Source: Octopus sinensis (lineage: Eukaryota). Taken from it: 64,000 bases of DNA. The stretch covers positions 138,260,001-138,324,000 of the forward strand of contig NC_042999.1 of assembly GCF_006345805.1 (NCBI RefSeq), written 5' to 3'. Below, one piece after another: positions 1-14,357 of this stretch; the stretch's first letter is position 1, and every line of letters begins with the position of its first letter. The position numbers and the translations under genes were made by a program. The notes beneath the pieces are model-generated. The model was not told the origin of the DNA, made no database searches, and saw nothing but the letters and a program-made list of their open reading frames with translations.

Positions 1-1534
1 TTCAGCGCCACTCGTAATAATTCGAAGGTAATTTACACAGGTTGTCATCTAGAGTAAATGACGACCTAGGTGATTCACATTGGGACAATATCACCAACAC
101 CAATAACAGCAAATGTGTACATGCAGAAAGTATGTGTACATACAGAAGGTAAATGTCAATATTGAGCTGAACGCGAAGCAGACACATTTCCAAGCAAGGA
201 TGACATTATTCATCGCTATTTTCAAGCAGCCTGCTCGGAGACACTTTGTTCAAGATCGCTTATTGTGGCATAGTGCTGTGTACACTGTGGCATAGTGCTG
301 TGTACACTCAATATCAGAAATTATTAGAGAACCTAAAGACAGAAAAGATGCCGGAAACCTAGAGCCCCATCGAATCCTGACTCTGCTATGACGTGCCTCA
401 AGCCACTCCCTTAAAGAGAATGAACTACGGACGGTAGATCGATATATCTATTGTACTTAGTAACAACTTGCATGTACCCCACCACCTAACCAATGGAAAT
501 TACATATAGGCATAGACCGCTGAAGTTCAACCGTCAGAGTTGTTAACATTCCATGAGCTCAACTGGAATAAAGTCATCTCTTAAAACACGCTTTTGATCT
601 TTTGTTGCAACCCAGCGTTGTTGCTAATGGTCACACGAAATTTCTTATTCCATCTTACCACTATGTCTGAGAATGTTTACTTAAGCAACATCGCACTACA
701 CCTGTGTTTCAAGACAAGCATTGCAAGAGAATCACAAGTTAATAATCTTTTGACCTACACGCACTGTTTGGGATTGTGTTAATAATTCTATACTTCTAAA
801 ACGACACAATTTTGTTGGAGAGGAGAATTATAATTCAATTGAATCAAACTTTTTGCATTACTGGTATTATTTCATTGATCCTGAAGAGGAAGAAAAACAG
901 AGTAATCCCTGGAGAGATTTGGATTTAAAACTTGAGGGGATGTGTCTAAGTACCAAAATACATTTTTACCATATCCTTTGATTAGAAGTTTTATCAGGCT
1001 TTTTTTTATCGATTCAGAGTAACATTTTAGCCAGTGTTTGTTGTTTGCATGCTTTGAGTCTTCCGAGTCAGCACAAATATGCTATATTTTCAACAAAGAG
1101 GCACCAAGATATTTTAGACAAACATGCTTCACCTAATAATACAAGTAAAGCAATTCAAGTGAAATGAACTCAGCTGAAAACTGAAAATCTTTCGCGGTTT
1201 CGTTTAGTTTCTTCGAAGCTTAATTTTTTGATAGATGGCGTGCACCATTGACTGTTTTGCGAAGGAGTATCATCATGTGCTCGTACCTTAAGTTGAACAG
1301 ATTTATAATTGTCTCACGCTCTGAACATATTTTACAGTAATTTTTTTTTTAATGACTTACACATAGAAACAAAATATCTAAACTGTGCTATCTGATCTAA
1401 AGTTTACCTTGGCCTACCTTTGATTTCATAATCAAAGTTATGTCATATCTTCTTGGCGACTTATTTTATCACTCGTGTTTTCTATTCACTTCTTTTCATC
1501 ATCACCATCATCATCAACAACACAGATTATTAGC

Positions 1535-1701
1535 TATATATATACATATATATTATACATATATATATGTACATAAATATATACATATATATATATATTA
1601 TATATATATATATATTATATACATATATACATATATATATAATACATATATATATATATATATATATACATATATACACATATATATACATAATACACGA
1701 G

Positions 1702-1741
<40 letters not shown>

Positions 1742-1756
1742 TATATATATATACCC

Positions 1757-1807
<51 letters not shown>

Positions 1808-1820
1808 ATATATATATATT
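1535..1820. repeat. Compound (TA)n/(CA)n microsatellite
   Basis: Direct reading. It is the source of the YIYI-type ORFs. Confidence 0.98.
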
Positions 1821-2895
1821 ACTATTTAATTAATCTAGAAATATTAATATGTGTTACTATTGTGCTTACAATAGATATTTCTCCCTTTCTCTCCTTTCTT
1901 AGTTACCGTACATATATGCATGTGCCTATACGAATGCAAGTGTTGTGGGTCTACTAGAATGTGTATTGGGATAGGCACAGTCAAAATAGCCTCTTCTCTT
2001 TACCCCGTCACATTCTCCTCTAATGCAGTCTTACCCTCTCACTTACTTCATCGTCTATGCTGCTAGAATAACCAGATAACACAAGATGATTTATGTGAGA
2101 ACTTGAAATTTTATGTCGTATCTTTGCTGATAATACTGAGGAAATTTGGTCGACTGTATTGTGTAATAAGACCAACCGGCTTACATAGTAACGGCAATCG
2201 GCTTACTGAAACATGCGTACAATATATAAAGCATAAAATACCAGTTGTGATTTCTGTATTTATTTTGTAGATGTTGCCCAGGCGCATAATTTATTCACAG
2301 AGGTTATCTCTCAATTATTCCCTGACTAGGTAGAAACCAAACGTGAATCGTAGAAAAAATAAACAGTAAAAACAAACAACAATATAAACTCTGCTCTGAA
2401 ATTACCTTGAACTTCATTTAATAGCTGATGAATGAAGAATGGTCTCTATGTTTGTGTCTTGACTTGTACCTCTTATCTATTGTTGGTACTTTAATTTTTC
2501 TTTTTAATACACACATCTCTCTCTATATACAAATATTAGGTACCTATTATTCTTGATAAACATATGAATGGGATAAACTCTCTCTGCTTTATATATATTT
2601 CTGAGATCTTATATAATTGGAATTCAAGAGATTGATGGGGGAGGCACTCGGTGCAATAGGAGTGACGCAATACAAGCTAACAGCATTTCAGTTGGTCGTT
2701 AGAGAGTCTCTCGTGTCTGTCATTTGCTTGCAGCTCCTGTCTCACTCATTAGACATACACACACACGCACACGAGTGTATGTGCCTGCATAGGAAAAATG
2801 AAAGCGATATACTGACTCCATACATTGCTGAGGGGATGCCTTGGCTAACAAACGTTGAATTCCCACTGTAATTACGATCATAAAGATGGGAAAGC

Positions 2896-2897
<2 letters not shown>

Positions 2898-2978
<81 letters not shown>

Positions 2979-3010
2979 TATAGATAGATAGATAGAGAAA
3001 GAGAGAGAGA
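2898..3010. repeat. (GATA)n plus (GA)n microsatellite
   Basis: Direct reading. Confidence 0.98.
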
Positions 3011-3182
3011 GGTTAAATTAGTTGACCAGAGTGATTATAATTGAAAGCTGAGCAAATGATGACAGTCAAACTGGGGTCGTGAAATAAGTTTTCATCCGGT
3101 GATTAGGATTCCAGAGTTAGATTTAAATGCCATTCTCTCATTGGGCATGTGTGTGATGTCTTGTTGTGTGTACATGTATGTT

Positions 3183-3229
<47 letters not shown>

Positions 3230-3521
3230 GCATACACACACACACACACATGGGGTGTGCTTGAACTGCATCTAACATCAATGATATGAATTTTTTTCCT
3301 TAAATTTTAATAATAATAATAATAATAAAGAAAAAAATGACGAACGAAATGTCAAACGGTGAAAATAGCAGGATAAAGAAGTGAAGCTAACACACCAAAC
3401 TTCAGAATTCCTCTTTTCCACTTACAAACACACTAGTGAGTCAATTTTGAAAACTTTTTACACATCCGAGTTTATAGATTATGTACAAAAATTCATAAAT
3501 TTATGCAGATACGTACACAAG

Positions 3522-3560
<39 letters not shown>

Positions 3561-4921
3561 GCGCGCGCGCGTATGTAAATGTGCTCATTTACACACGCAT
3601 GACACATGCATACATACACAGATGTAATATACGTATGTTTACAAACATACCGACACTGAGATTTATATATATATATATATCTCCATCTATATCCACACAC
3701 AGACACATAAATGTGAGTCTGGCATGAACAACTTAGACATACACTAAACGTGTAACCCAAAAGAAGAGAATTGAGAACTTGCCCAGTGACACGATGAAGA
3801 TTATATCTTATTACTTGACACTGACAGGTCTTAAGGGTTTAATACGACCCCAGTTATGCACACATTTTCTTCTTCAGACCTACACCCTTTCTATACCTTT
3901 TTTATCTTTAATTTCTGTCTTTCACATTAAATAAATCTCAGTGGTCAGATCTGACAAGTTGCTTGCAATTGGTTGCTTTGAGAGCCTAGCTGTTTGGAAA
4001 GTAATAAAACTGGACTGATTAACTGTCTTTAAATCAATCATGAGCAACAGGACAACCTGCTGCCCGTTATAGGTTCTAAATGGAACGCCTAACATAAAAA
4101 TTACTTTGATATAGATTTAAAGTAGCACGGCCCGCCTGATGGTAAACCATGTCTCATGTGGTCCGCTTCTCGGAAAAGGCTGCCCATACCTGCTTTAAAT
4201 TATCATAAAGCAGGGGAGATGACAAAATATTTATATCCACGACTACCAGACGATGTAGGGTCATTTCCCATTGTTGGTTCTTAACTCGCTTCCGTTCAAA
4301 AGCATCTAGCTGTTATAAAATGTGTTGTGTTATCTTAAGCACAGCTCACTGTTGAAACTGTTCCTAATAAATACTGCTTAATTAACAAGACTTTCGTTAT
4401 TTTCGACTATCAAGTTCAAATTTCTTCAATTAGGTTTTTGAACGATTATTCTTGTAGAACTCAGCACGATTTCAATTTGGAATCTATGAATGAAATCTGG
4501 ATAAACATTGAGAGGTTTTTAACTTATGAAAGAAAGGAAAGAGGGCGAGAAATGTGTGTAAATACATGCTTATCTTTTATGCTTCCTTTTCGGAATTAAA
4601 TACATGCTTATCTTTTATACTTCCTTTTCTGAATTAAAACTTGAGTTTGAAAATGTAGAGTCCTTCTACACTAACACTCCTATCACAATCAAATCAATTT
4701 GATTAATATTATATGAAATGATGTACACACCGAGAAACACGTGTTATTCTTAATTTAATAGAAAGTGTGTGATCCTGATGGCGTAATCAGTAAACCGCTT
4801 TTCTTGAATCCAGCTCACTTCACCATTTCTAATAGCAGTCTTGCTCTCAAGAAGTATTAATGTTATACAATTTCTTACACAAATCTTTATGAATGCTAGG
4901 TATTCTGTAGTTGTTGTTTTC

Positions 4922-4955
<34 letters not shown>

Positions 4956-4965
4956 TCATTATCAT

Positions 4966-4996
<31 letters not shown>

Positions 4997-7900
4997 AATG
5001 GTAGTATATTTTAGAACTTTATTCAATTTATTGTTCATCAAGTGCCAAAGGTGACATTAAAAATATCGTTGATAAAGCGGGAATTTGATCCATTGATAGT
5101 CAAGATTAAAAGGCTTAAACTGTGGTAAAGAAAAGGTTAATGCGTTCTCGAGTTTCATTGATCTTACTGAACGAAAATTTAAAACACCGGTTCACAACTT
5201 CTCTTTTTAGTTGGGCGCACACACCTCTGCAGAAAAGGCTGGTGTCTCGTCTTGAAGTGAGTGAAAGCAATGTAATATGAAATATGCAACCATAACAAAG
5301 CGCTTGCAGATTTGCCTATGTGACATGTAAAACTAGCACCTCAGAATTCAGTTGTTGTTGTTTTTTTTCCTTTCTGAGTATTGAGTAAAAAGTACGATCT
5401 AAACAAACGATTTGTGAGTAACCCCAAGATAAATTACGACATTTAAATTTTGACGTTAGCATCCACAACTTTTGACGTATTTCCTGAAATTTCAACACTC
5501 GCGTACAAGCGTGGCTCGTGAAACACTGTTTAGCAGTAAATGAACGACTGTCCTAATTCTCTAGCTATCTCAACTTACCGCTTCAGGCTCCAGTATGCCT
5601 AGCCTCTTTGGAGGGTCAATGATTGAAGTTTCCGTCTCCCTTTCTCTCTCTCTTATTCTCCCGTACTCATTACAATGTTACATGTAAAGACTGAAAGGCT
5701 AGTTATTGATATTATAAAATGTTATAAAAACGAAAATACCGCAACATTACTAGAGAAAAAAGTGCAAGAGAGGGAGTGGGGTAGAGAGAGACGGATAGAG
5801 AAAATGGAGGAAGATAAAATAAACAATTTGATACATTACTTTAGACAAACAGTTAGTGGGGTAGGGGTTTACTTAAGAAATTCATTCACAATATTATCTG
5901 AGATTAAGTACTTTTTAAAAACATCCTAGTTTAATACTCGTACGAGATCAGTGGAGGAAAAAGTAACATCTCTATGATTCGTCTTTGATTTCTGTAAAAA
6001 GTGTCTCTCTTTTCCGAAACAATTAATGATCTTTGGAAAAAGTAGGAGAGTCTCGGTGTTATAAATATTTATAAATATTTGGAGCTTTTCGCCCAACCAT
6101 AACAAAGTCTTGTTCATACAACACTATCAACAATACAAACAGCTCAAAAACCATACTTTGTAATCTTAAAAAAGAAAGCACACGTTCTTAGATATTTTTT
6201 GCCTGAAATTTTTTACAAAAAAAAAAAAAAATGGTGGACTTTGATTATGGTTCTCTGCCGGATCAGAACTTCGTGGGGATAAGCAAAAACAAGGTGAATT
6301 ATGCATATCTGTCTCGTCCTCCCGTTTTTTTCTTTTTAAGATATATATGTTTGTTCTTATGTTCAGTTATAATAAAAATCTACTGGATTACAATCCGACG
6401 ATGGCTTAGCTGGTAGAAACTTACAAGTCACTGTCAACAACATGTATGTATGTATGTATGTATGTATGTATGTGTGTGAATGTATGTATGTATGTGTGTG
6501 AATGTATGTATGTATGTATGTATGTATGTGAATGTATGTATGTATGTATGTATGTATGTATGTATGTATGTATGTATGTATGCAGTAAAAGTGTATGTTT
6601 ACTGTCCTACTTTTCAATTGCTATGTTGACAAATAATATAAACAATAACATACAAAGAAAAGAAAAGGACTGTGATACACAATGGCCAAAAATAAGCAGA
6701 AATCCGACATAAAAGAAATAGTTGCATATGAAGTGCCTCTGATGCAGTGGACATGTGCAGCTAGCGTATATAATCATACACACATGCATACATAGATATG
6801 TATGTACATACATGCCCCCAAAGACAAGCAGAAATGAATAAAAATATCCACAAACAGCAAACATACACACATATATATAATTTGTCTCACTAAGATATTT
6901 TACAAGATGTGGCTTGTAGAATTATTTCTTTATATAAATAGAAATTAAATCTGTTCACTTTATGCAATGATCAGCATAGAGGCAAATGTGTTATATATAG
7001 AAAGAAAAAAAATTAAACTGTCGCGAGTCGAAAGCCAATTTTGCCTAACGTTGGCAGCAATTACATACCACATTGCTAAATGTCACCGGGAAAGGAATAT
7101 AGGTCATAACTTTCCCTTACCCTGCTTCCTTATATATCTGGTATATTGGGTCTAATTACAAGATAGATCAACGATAGCAATAGCAATGAGGAAAGTATAT
7201 AATACATAATGATATAAAGTAGCTCTAATTTAATTATCTCCACGTTTCTCTCTTAATTACACGAAACCAAATACAGTAACTCAGTTTCGAATCCTGGATG
7301 CTACTATTTCACTTCACTGGACCTAAGTTATTAATAATGATTTTGGGAAAGCAATAGTTTTTAAACCTTCCTCATTTTCTCTCAAATCTAAGGGCTCCAG
7401 GCATTTCTGATAACATCTAGTGTAGTATTTTTGAAATGGTTGGTTGGTTGTTAGCCCTCACTAAAAAGGTTCTCTGAGGATTGAAAATTGTGTAGACAGA
7501 ATACCATGAGTAATGACGCTGAGATTTAAAACATCATAATGAATAAAGAGGAAGCGGTGAGATTTTGGAATAACTGTCCCTTGGGAATGAAAAAGGACAG
7601 AAATGAAGGTGAGAGTAAAATGTCAAAAATTAAAATTTTTAGATATTTTTTTCTTTTCAGAATCTTAATTTTTGTCGTATGAAACTCAATAATAATGAGA
7701 AATATATGAAGGGGAAAAATACCACTATTTTCCTCTCCAAGTAGCAGCTACTCCAAAACTCTGCTGAGGAATTATATCGGTGTAAATTCTATTTGATCCT
7801 CTCAATAAAAAGTAGAGGTGGGAGCAAAAGGTTTCATCAGTAACATGTTTGGAGCAGTCAGCTTGAGAACAGTTGACTTAGTGTACTTATTAATGACTGT

Positions 7901-9638
7901 TTCCCTATCGAAGACTATTTCGTGAGATGCGTTGCCCTATTTCAGACCGTATGGTTAAATTTGTAGGTATGCGTGTCATCTATTGATATCCATTAATTTT
8001 ATAGAGGATATATCATTTAACTGTGCTTTGAGACCTCATAAGCAAAAAAAGTATTTTTTTCTCTTTTATGGTTGAGAGGTGGATATTGTAAATGAAAGCT
8101 TATCGACTGTTTCAAACTACTGAAACAATATTCATGCGTATGGTTAAGAAAAGATGTGAAGTTTGTTCATTTAGTAGAAGTAATCTAAGTTTTGAGCAGA
8201 GGAACGTCCATTTTCCACGGAAAGACAATACATTTTTTCTCTCTACAGACAAAATCTTAACTCCTTCCTAAATATGTTGATGTTCTTGACTAAATAATTA
8301 AATAGAATCAGCAATTCTTTTTAATTACTTACATATACGTACTTTCAAGCAAATTACAATGTAATGCAAACACACACACACACACACACACATAGAGTAC
8401 AATGTATATATACTTGTACTGAAAAGTATAATATCAATACACGTGCCTTTTGTAGTGTCTGTGTGTGTGTGTGTGATCTAATTTCAAATGTCAAACTATT
8501 TTTCTTGAGCCTACACACGACGAGCTCAAGCAAATTTCTATACTTAAAAATCAGTTTAACTAGCCAGTCAAGAAACAAACTGTATGCATATCCTCTCTCT
8601 CACACCCATACTGCTTATATACACATGTAAATACATGTGTGCATACACACAAAGAGACGTCCTTAATATAGATATTTACACACAAAAACACAAACATTTA
8701 GAATAAATATAACTTCTAGGGTGGAGAGCACCACAGTATAATGCTCCTCATTAACTTACTCGGTAACTTATTGTCCTACATTCAAATGGAGTGAATAAAA
8801 TAAGGAATATCAGCAATATATGCCGAGACGCATTCTATCGTATTGCCCCTGCCCACTCCTTGAGGAAGTTGTCATCGAGAACCCATCAACAGAAATAATA
8901 TAACTATGGCTCAGTATAATCATCAGATGAGCCGAGTTTCATTCCAAGCCATAACGATTTTCTTATTCTTAGTATCACCAATATTTTCGAAAAATGATTA
9001 TCATACAATTTGATTTCAGACCAAATATTGCCTGATTTTCAATACTACTGTATATTAGAAATGTCCTCGAAGAAGCGAAAACAGTGGGTAAGGTTTCAAG
9101 TCCAATATACGACGAATTCATTCTTCTGGTTTCGATGACATAAATACTGGTAAAAAATATATTAAGGATGATTATGATAATTAGAAACCCTCTCACCTTG
9201 ATAATTTCTTTTCTACTCGACGAAAGAATAGATATTATTTATATTAAATGGCAACTAGATGTTACTTAGCGAGAAGTTAATCTTGATCCAAGTGATCGAT
9301 GGTTGAATACATTTTCATCTTGGTCATCTATGCAATCCTTTATTTATTGTATTTATCAAAATGCTAGAGTTCCCGTTTCAAACTATGTCAACATTTGACA
9401 AATCCTTCATGTGTAAGAAAGGTATTATTTTGAGTATATTCAGGTGACTTGCTTCTCTCCCGTGGCATTAGAATAGTGAGAATAAATAGAGTTAGAAACC
9501 TTTTAATCTCTTCAACTCATAAAAAAAAAAAAAAAGAGAATACATATCTAAGTTTTGTATTGATTCGTTCAAAACCGGTAGAAAACAATCAAGATTAGTT
9601 TGGAGTTGGGTAAGACAACACCACCACCACCACCACCA

Positions 9639-9688
<50 letters not shown>

Positions 9689-9733
9689 ATAACGACGACG
9701 ACGACGTTGATGATGATGATGATGATAGATAGA

Positions 9734-9770
<37 letters not shown>

Positions 9771-10197
9771 AATAAGGCCACTGCCAAGTGTCAGAAATTA
9801 CAAGGGTTAATAATGAAGAATTATAAGTATCTAGAGTTCGGAAAGCCATCGAACCTTAACTAGCTAAATATATATAAACTGTGTAACATTAATTTAACAT
9901 CAGAGAATTGAAAATTGCTTGTAATGCTTGTTATGGAAATATTAAAATGAAAATATGAAGCGATGCTAGTCCCTTAAGTTGATTTTAATCCAGGGAGATA
10001 AGTATGGCACGGATCCAAATATTTGTGAAATATACTTTTCATGAATGATCCATTAAGTTCGTAAACCGAATAGAAAAACTATAGAAATTGTCGTTATTCT
10101 CATTGGAGGAGAAGACGATTTCCTCATCAATTGGGATGTGCATGGAATGTGCACCCTGTAATTCTTTGAGTATGTACGGTATGAGAAATTTCAGGAC

Positions 10198-10258
<61 letters not shown>

Positions 10259-10311
10259 TATATATATATATATATTTATATATATGTATATGTATGTATA
10301 TATGCATATGT

Positions 10312-10626
10312 CATGAGTGACCATGGGTTTGTACCTAGAGAGTTACCCTCTGAGGCACAAGTCTGGGCAAGGTTTTTTTATGGAAGACCAGTAGTCGCCC
10401 ATGCATACCGGCCTCCCCTCTCCACGCCACCAGTGTTATCCAAGGGAAAGACAAAGGTCGATACAGCTTGGCACCTGTGACGTCGCAACTCATTTCTACA
10501 GCTGAGTGAACTGGAGCAACGTGAAATAAAGTGTCTTGCTCAAGAACACAACACACAGCCCGGTCCGGGATTCGAGCTCACAACCTCACGATCGTAAGCT
10601 CGACGCTCTAACCACTGAGCCATGCG
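10312..10626 (-). mobile_element. tRNA-derived SINE (family C here)
   Basis: Minus strand head CGCATGGCTCAGTGGTTAGAGCG...GTGAGCTCGAATCCCGG with Pol III A and B boxes, then GTGTTCTTGAGCAAGACACTTT central-domain-like motif. Flanked by (TA)n. Confidence 0.85.
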
Positions 10627-10634
10627 GGTCAAGA

Positions 10635-10744
10635 TATATGTATATATATATATGTATATATATGTGTGTATATATATATATGTATATATATACATGTGTA
10701 TATATGTGTGTATATATATATATATATGTGTGTGTGTATATATG

Positions 10745-10781
<37 letters not shown>

Positions 10782-10836
10782 ATGTGTGTGTGTATATATG
10801 TATATGTATGTAGATATATATATATATATATATATC

Positions 10837-10886
<50 letters not shown>

Positions 10887-10896
10887 TAATATATAT

Positions 10897-10941
<45 letters not shown>
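10635..10941. repeat. (TA)n-rich microsatellite about 290 bp inside DUSP intron 1
   Basis: Direct reading. Confidence 0.98.
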
Positions 10942-10945
<4 letters not shown>

Positions 10946-11228
10946 ATGACAAACGAGAGAGGGAGAGAAATCGTTAAACTACTCAAAAGTAATATGTTAT
11001 TTCAAAAATAGATTAATAGTGACACATAAATCAGCATAGTGATAGACGGTAAAGGAAGATATGAGGTTAAATATGTGATGTGTACCCCCCGCAAATTAAA
11101 ACAAAACAAAACAATAAAAACAATGTCTTTCTAAATAGATATACAAGAAGAAAGTAGTAAATGTAAAAATAGAAACAATTTAGCAACAATGAACAGTAGT
11201 CGTAGTAAACATAAAAACATGAACGTAC

Positions 11229-11610
11229 CAAGCAAGTAGCAAGCAGAACACCCTTCTTGGCGCAATTTTTCTAATAATAAATTCAAAAAACTGGATGGAT
11301 TTGCGTTTAGATCTGTAGAGCAGTCATCATAAAGTACAATTTTGTGTGTTTTCCAATGTCGTTTAAATCTGTGGTTTGCATCATTGTTATGTATAATACC
11401 AAGGATGTTAAGATTTCCCGTTTTCAGTCGTTTCTGGAGTAATGCTGGCATGGTGATGTTAATAGCTCCGATAATATGCCGGCGTGCGAACTCGCATTGG
11501 CTTCGACAATCGAGTAATGGCAGTTCGTGCCCAGCTCTTAGTTGAGCTCTCAAGCATTCTGGAGTGAAATAATCATCCATTGTAATGTGAGCACTCTCTA
11601 GACAAGGCAT
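11229..11610 (-). CDS. DUSP6/7: First coding exon of dual-specificity MAP kinase phosphatase (DUSP6/7, MKP3 class), rhodanese/kinase-interaction domain
   Basis: ATG at 11610 gives MPCLESAHITMDDYFTPECLRAQL...LLDCRSQCEFARRHIIGAINITMPALLQKRLKTGNL...IVLYDD...LLLEKLRQEGCSACYLLG. This matches the recalled DUSP6 N-terminus ([53 protein letters not shown]). The exon ends at CTT G|GTACGT (donor 11228-11223), 382 nt, phase 1, at the position I recall for vertebrate DUSP6 intron 1. No catalytic-domain exon was found in 1-11228. Confidence 0.93.
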
Positions 11611-12589
11611 CTGAAAAGTGTCGTGGTGGTTTGAAGCAAAATGTGAAACGGATGAAGGTAAGGGAAAATATGAAATCCCTAGGAAATATTTTCTCCAAAG
11701 GTGAAGCGAAGAAAACGGATGGTTGAAAATCACTCGTAAATAACAAACAAACCAAACAAACAAACTTAAATAAAAATAAACAAACTCGTTCACAATTAAT
11801 TTTCTCGTGTTCACTCACTCTTATAACACTGTCATACACACGCTCGTTCAACTCCGTTTAATTCCGTTGCTTCTTTGATTCTTATAAATAAATAAGTTTT
11901 CTTTTTGTTTTTTTAGTAGTAATTCCTTGTGGTTCCAAAGCTTCCCTTTTGTGAAATATATATATACAGATATATCTATACATATATATTTTAGAAGAAA
12001 AGTCAGTGTAGGTAATATTCCATTATCAACGATTAATTCATAGAAGATTTCGATTAATTAGTTCTTAATTAGAAACAACAATCTTCGTCGTTTGCTTCCT
12101 TCAAATGTAATTATTGTTGTTTGTCTTATTCCTTGAAATTTTTTCACTCAAATTATTACGTGACATTTTAATTTCCATTTTAAAGAATTTAATTTCTTTA
12201 AAATTCTTTCAATCTTCTCATTCGTTATGTCATTTCGCTGGAGTTTTCTGAAATGTGCCGAGTTCGTGTTTTTAACTTATTGTACTCGTTCCGTTTATTT
12301 GTTTTGAAAGTTTTTTTTTCTTTATTTTGGTTTGTTATTAACTCAAACGAGAATCTTAATCTTCTTTGTAAATGTGTTTTATCGTTTCTTTCTCGAATCC
12401 GTTAGATCAACTTTGACATATCTTTACTGTGAAAAGAATATGTATTAAAAAAAAAATCATGTATCGCAACTGCTGGTGAGAAATCAAGCTACTTCTCTCT
12501 AATAAAGTAGCCTTGTTTCTGAGGTTTACTCACTCGATCTCTTCTCACTAGCGTTTTAAAATGGAATACTACAACGAAAGTAAATAAAT

Positions 12590-12720
12590 ACAGCCAATGG
12601 TTGAAGTAGTTACTTATAGTGGCGAGAGCTCCGCCCTCTCAGCTTACATGAAACGTATAACTTATATGGGCAAAGTCAAACTATTCTCACGACATTAACA
12701 CTCCCGCTCCTCTCTTTCAC
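12590..12720 (-). promoter_or_regulatory. Putative proximal promoter of the DUSP gene
   Basis: Cluster ~1 kb upstream of the ATG: AGCCAATGG (CCAAT 12594-12598, NF-Y consensus), GC box CCGCCC 12631-12636, and CArG/TATA-like ACTTATATGG 12660-12669 (one mismatch to CC[AT]6GG). It borders repeat-free AT-rich putative 5'UTR on one side and CT/CA repeat tracts on the other. TSS not determined. Confidence 0.45.
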
Positions 12721-13059
12721 ATCATCTTCACTCTGGGTTTCGCTCTAAATATCCTTCCTATTTTACATGTGTGTGTACGCGTGTGTGTGTGTATGCAAGT
12801 GTCAGTTTTTAGCCCAACCTCCTCCTTAGCTTTATTTTCAGCCTTCCTCACTCCCATTCATTCTCTGACCCAAAAATTCTTACTCATATAATTATAGATA
12901 CATGCAGGAAAGATCGCACACACGGACACACAAAGTAGTCTAAGGCGCGCGCAGACACACACGCACGCACGCACAAGCACACTAACACACACAGACACAC
13001 ACACATACTTTATTCATTAACAGCTTCTTTCTTTCACTAACTCAAACTTTTCGCGCACA

Positions 13060-13157
13060 TGGAAACCTCCCCCTCTCTCTCTCTCCACTTCTATATCTCT
13101 CACTTTTTGCTCTCTCTCTATTCCCCTCTTCCACTTTACATCAGTTTCTCTCTCACC

Positions 13158-13214
<57 letters not shown>

Positions 13215-13599
13215 CCTATACATACGTACATACATATATATATCTGCCCCTTTCTATCTCATAATCACATACACACACACACAACTACCATGCATGTACA
13301 TGCACCAATTTGCACACACATACACACACGCACGCACACACACATACACACACATACACACACACACACACACACACAACACACACACCACACACACACA
13401 CACATTCACAGATCTATACACAGCATACAGCGAACGTTACGAAGAGAAGGAAAAACTCAAGTGGATCTCACTTTTACGATTATTCAACGAGACGCATAGT
13501 CTCATAATATAATATAAACGGCATGTGAAACCTTCACCTCCTACTTCCTCTGCAGCACACCTTCTTTCCCTCTCCCTCTCTCTGTTACTTTTGCTTCCG

Positions 13600-13631
<32 letters not shown>

Positions 13632-14357
13632 CCTTTTTTCTCGACTTTACTTACGCTATTTACACGCACACACATACACACATCTTGTCATCTTTCCTCA
13701 CAAGCAGACATTCAACGTCGCATTTCTCCTTTCCCTCTTACAGGCCTGTTCGCCTGCCTTTCTCTCTCCCTCCCTCCCTCCCTCTCTACCCGTCTCTCTC
13801 TCTCTCTTCTTTCATCTCTATGTTTCTCTCTGTCGCTCTTTCTCATGCTATCTGTACCACTGCTTTAATCTCTCTATTTAGAGGGAAGCTTCTTTATAGC
13901 AATTATTAATCTCAACATTTCATCTATCTCCCCCTCTGTTCCTTTCTTCCTGTTTCTCTATCATCTCTTTCTAGCTCTTACTTTCACTCCCCTTTCATTC
14001 TTCCCAACACACTTTTTACACACACACACACAGTGACTCCTTGTATAAAGCCATTATTCTTCAGCACATCTTAACCCATCCTCTCTTTTATTCACCTTTG
14101 CCTTTCTCTTCATACACACACACACACACACACACACACGCTGCCTGTTTGCTTGTCTGTCTGTCTGTCTGTTTGTCACTCCCTCACTTTCTCGTTAATT
14201 CTCCCTTCCTGTTCTTCTCCCTTATATTATTAGGTTTCCACGTTTCTTTCCCGCCTCTCTTCTCTCTAAGCTCAAATCATTTTTGCTTACAGCACGTACG
14301 TACTCAAGCACAGGCGAACATACCCGTAACCCATTAACTCTCCCTCTCTCACTTTCG

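Noticed and set aside
2-193. Minus-strand ORF as DUSP exon 2
   Set aside because: No GF..F start, no PVEILP/LYLG or HCxxGxSRS motif in any frame I read.
2130-2225. CTGAGGA...GAAACATGCGTA hammerhead-like motif
   Set aside because: Stems I and II do not pair.
11131-11814. Full 227-aa ORF as the DUSP protein
   Set aside because: It starts at GTG, the first 68 codons show no homology, and the last ~32 codons read through the GT donor into the intron. Only 11229-11610 is supported.
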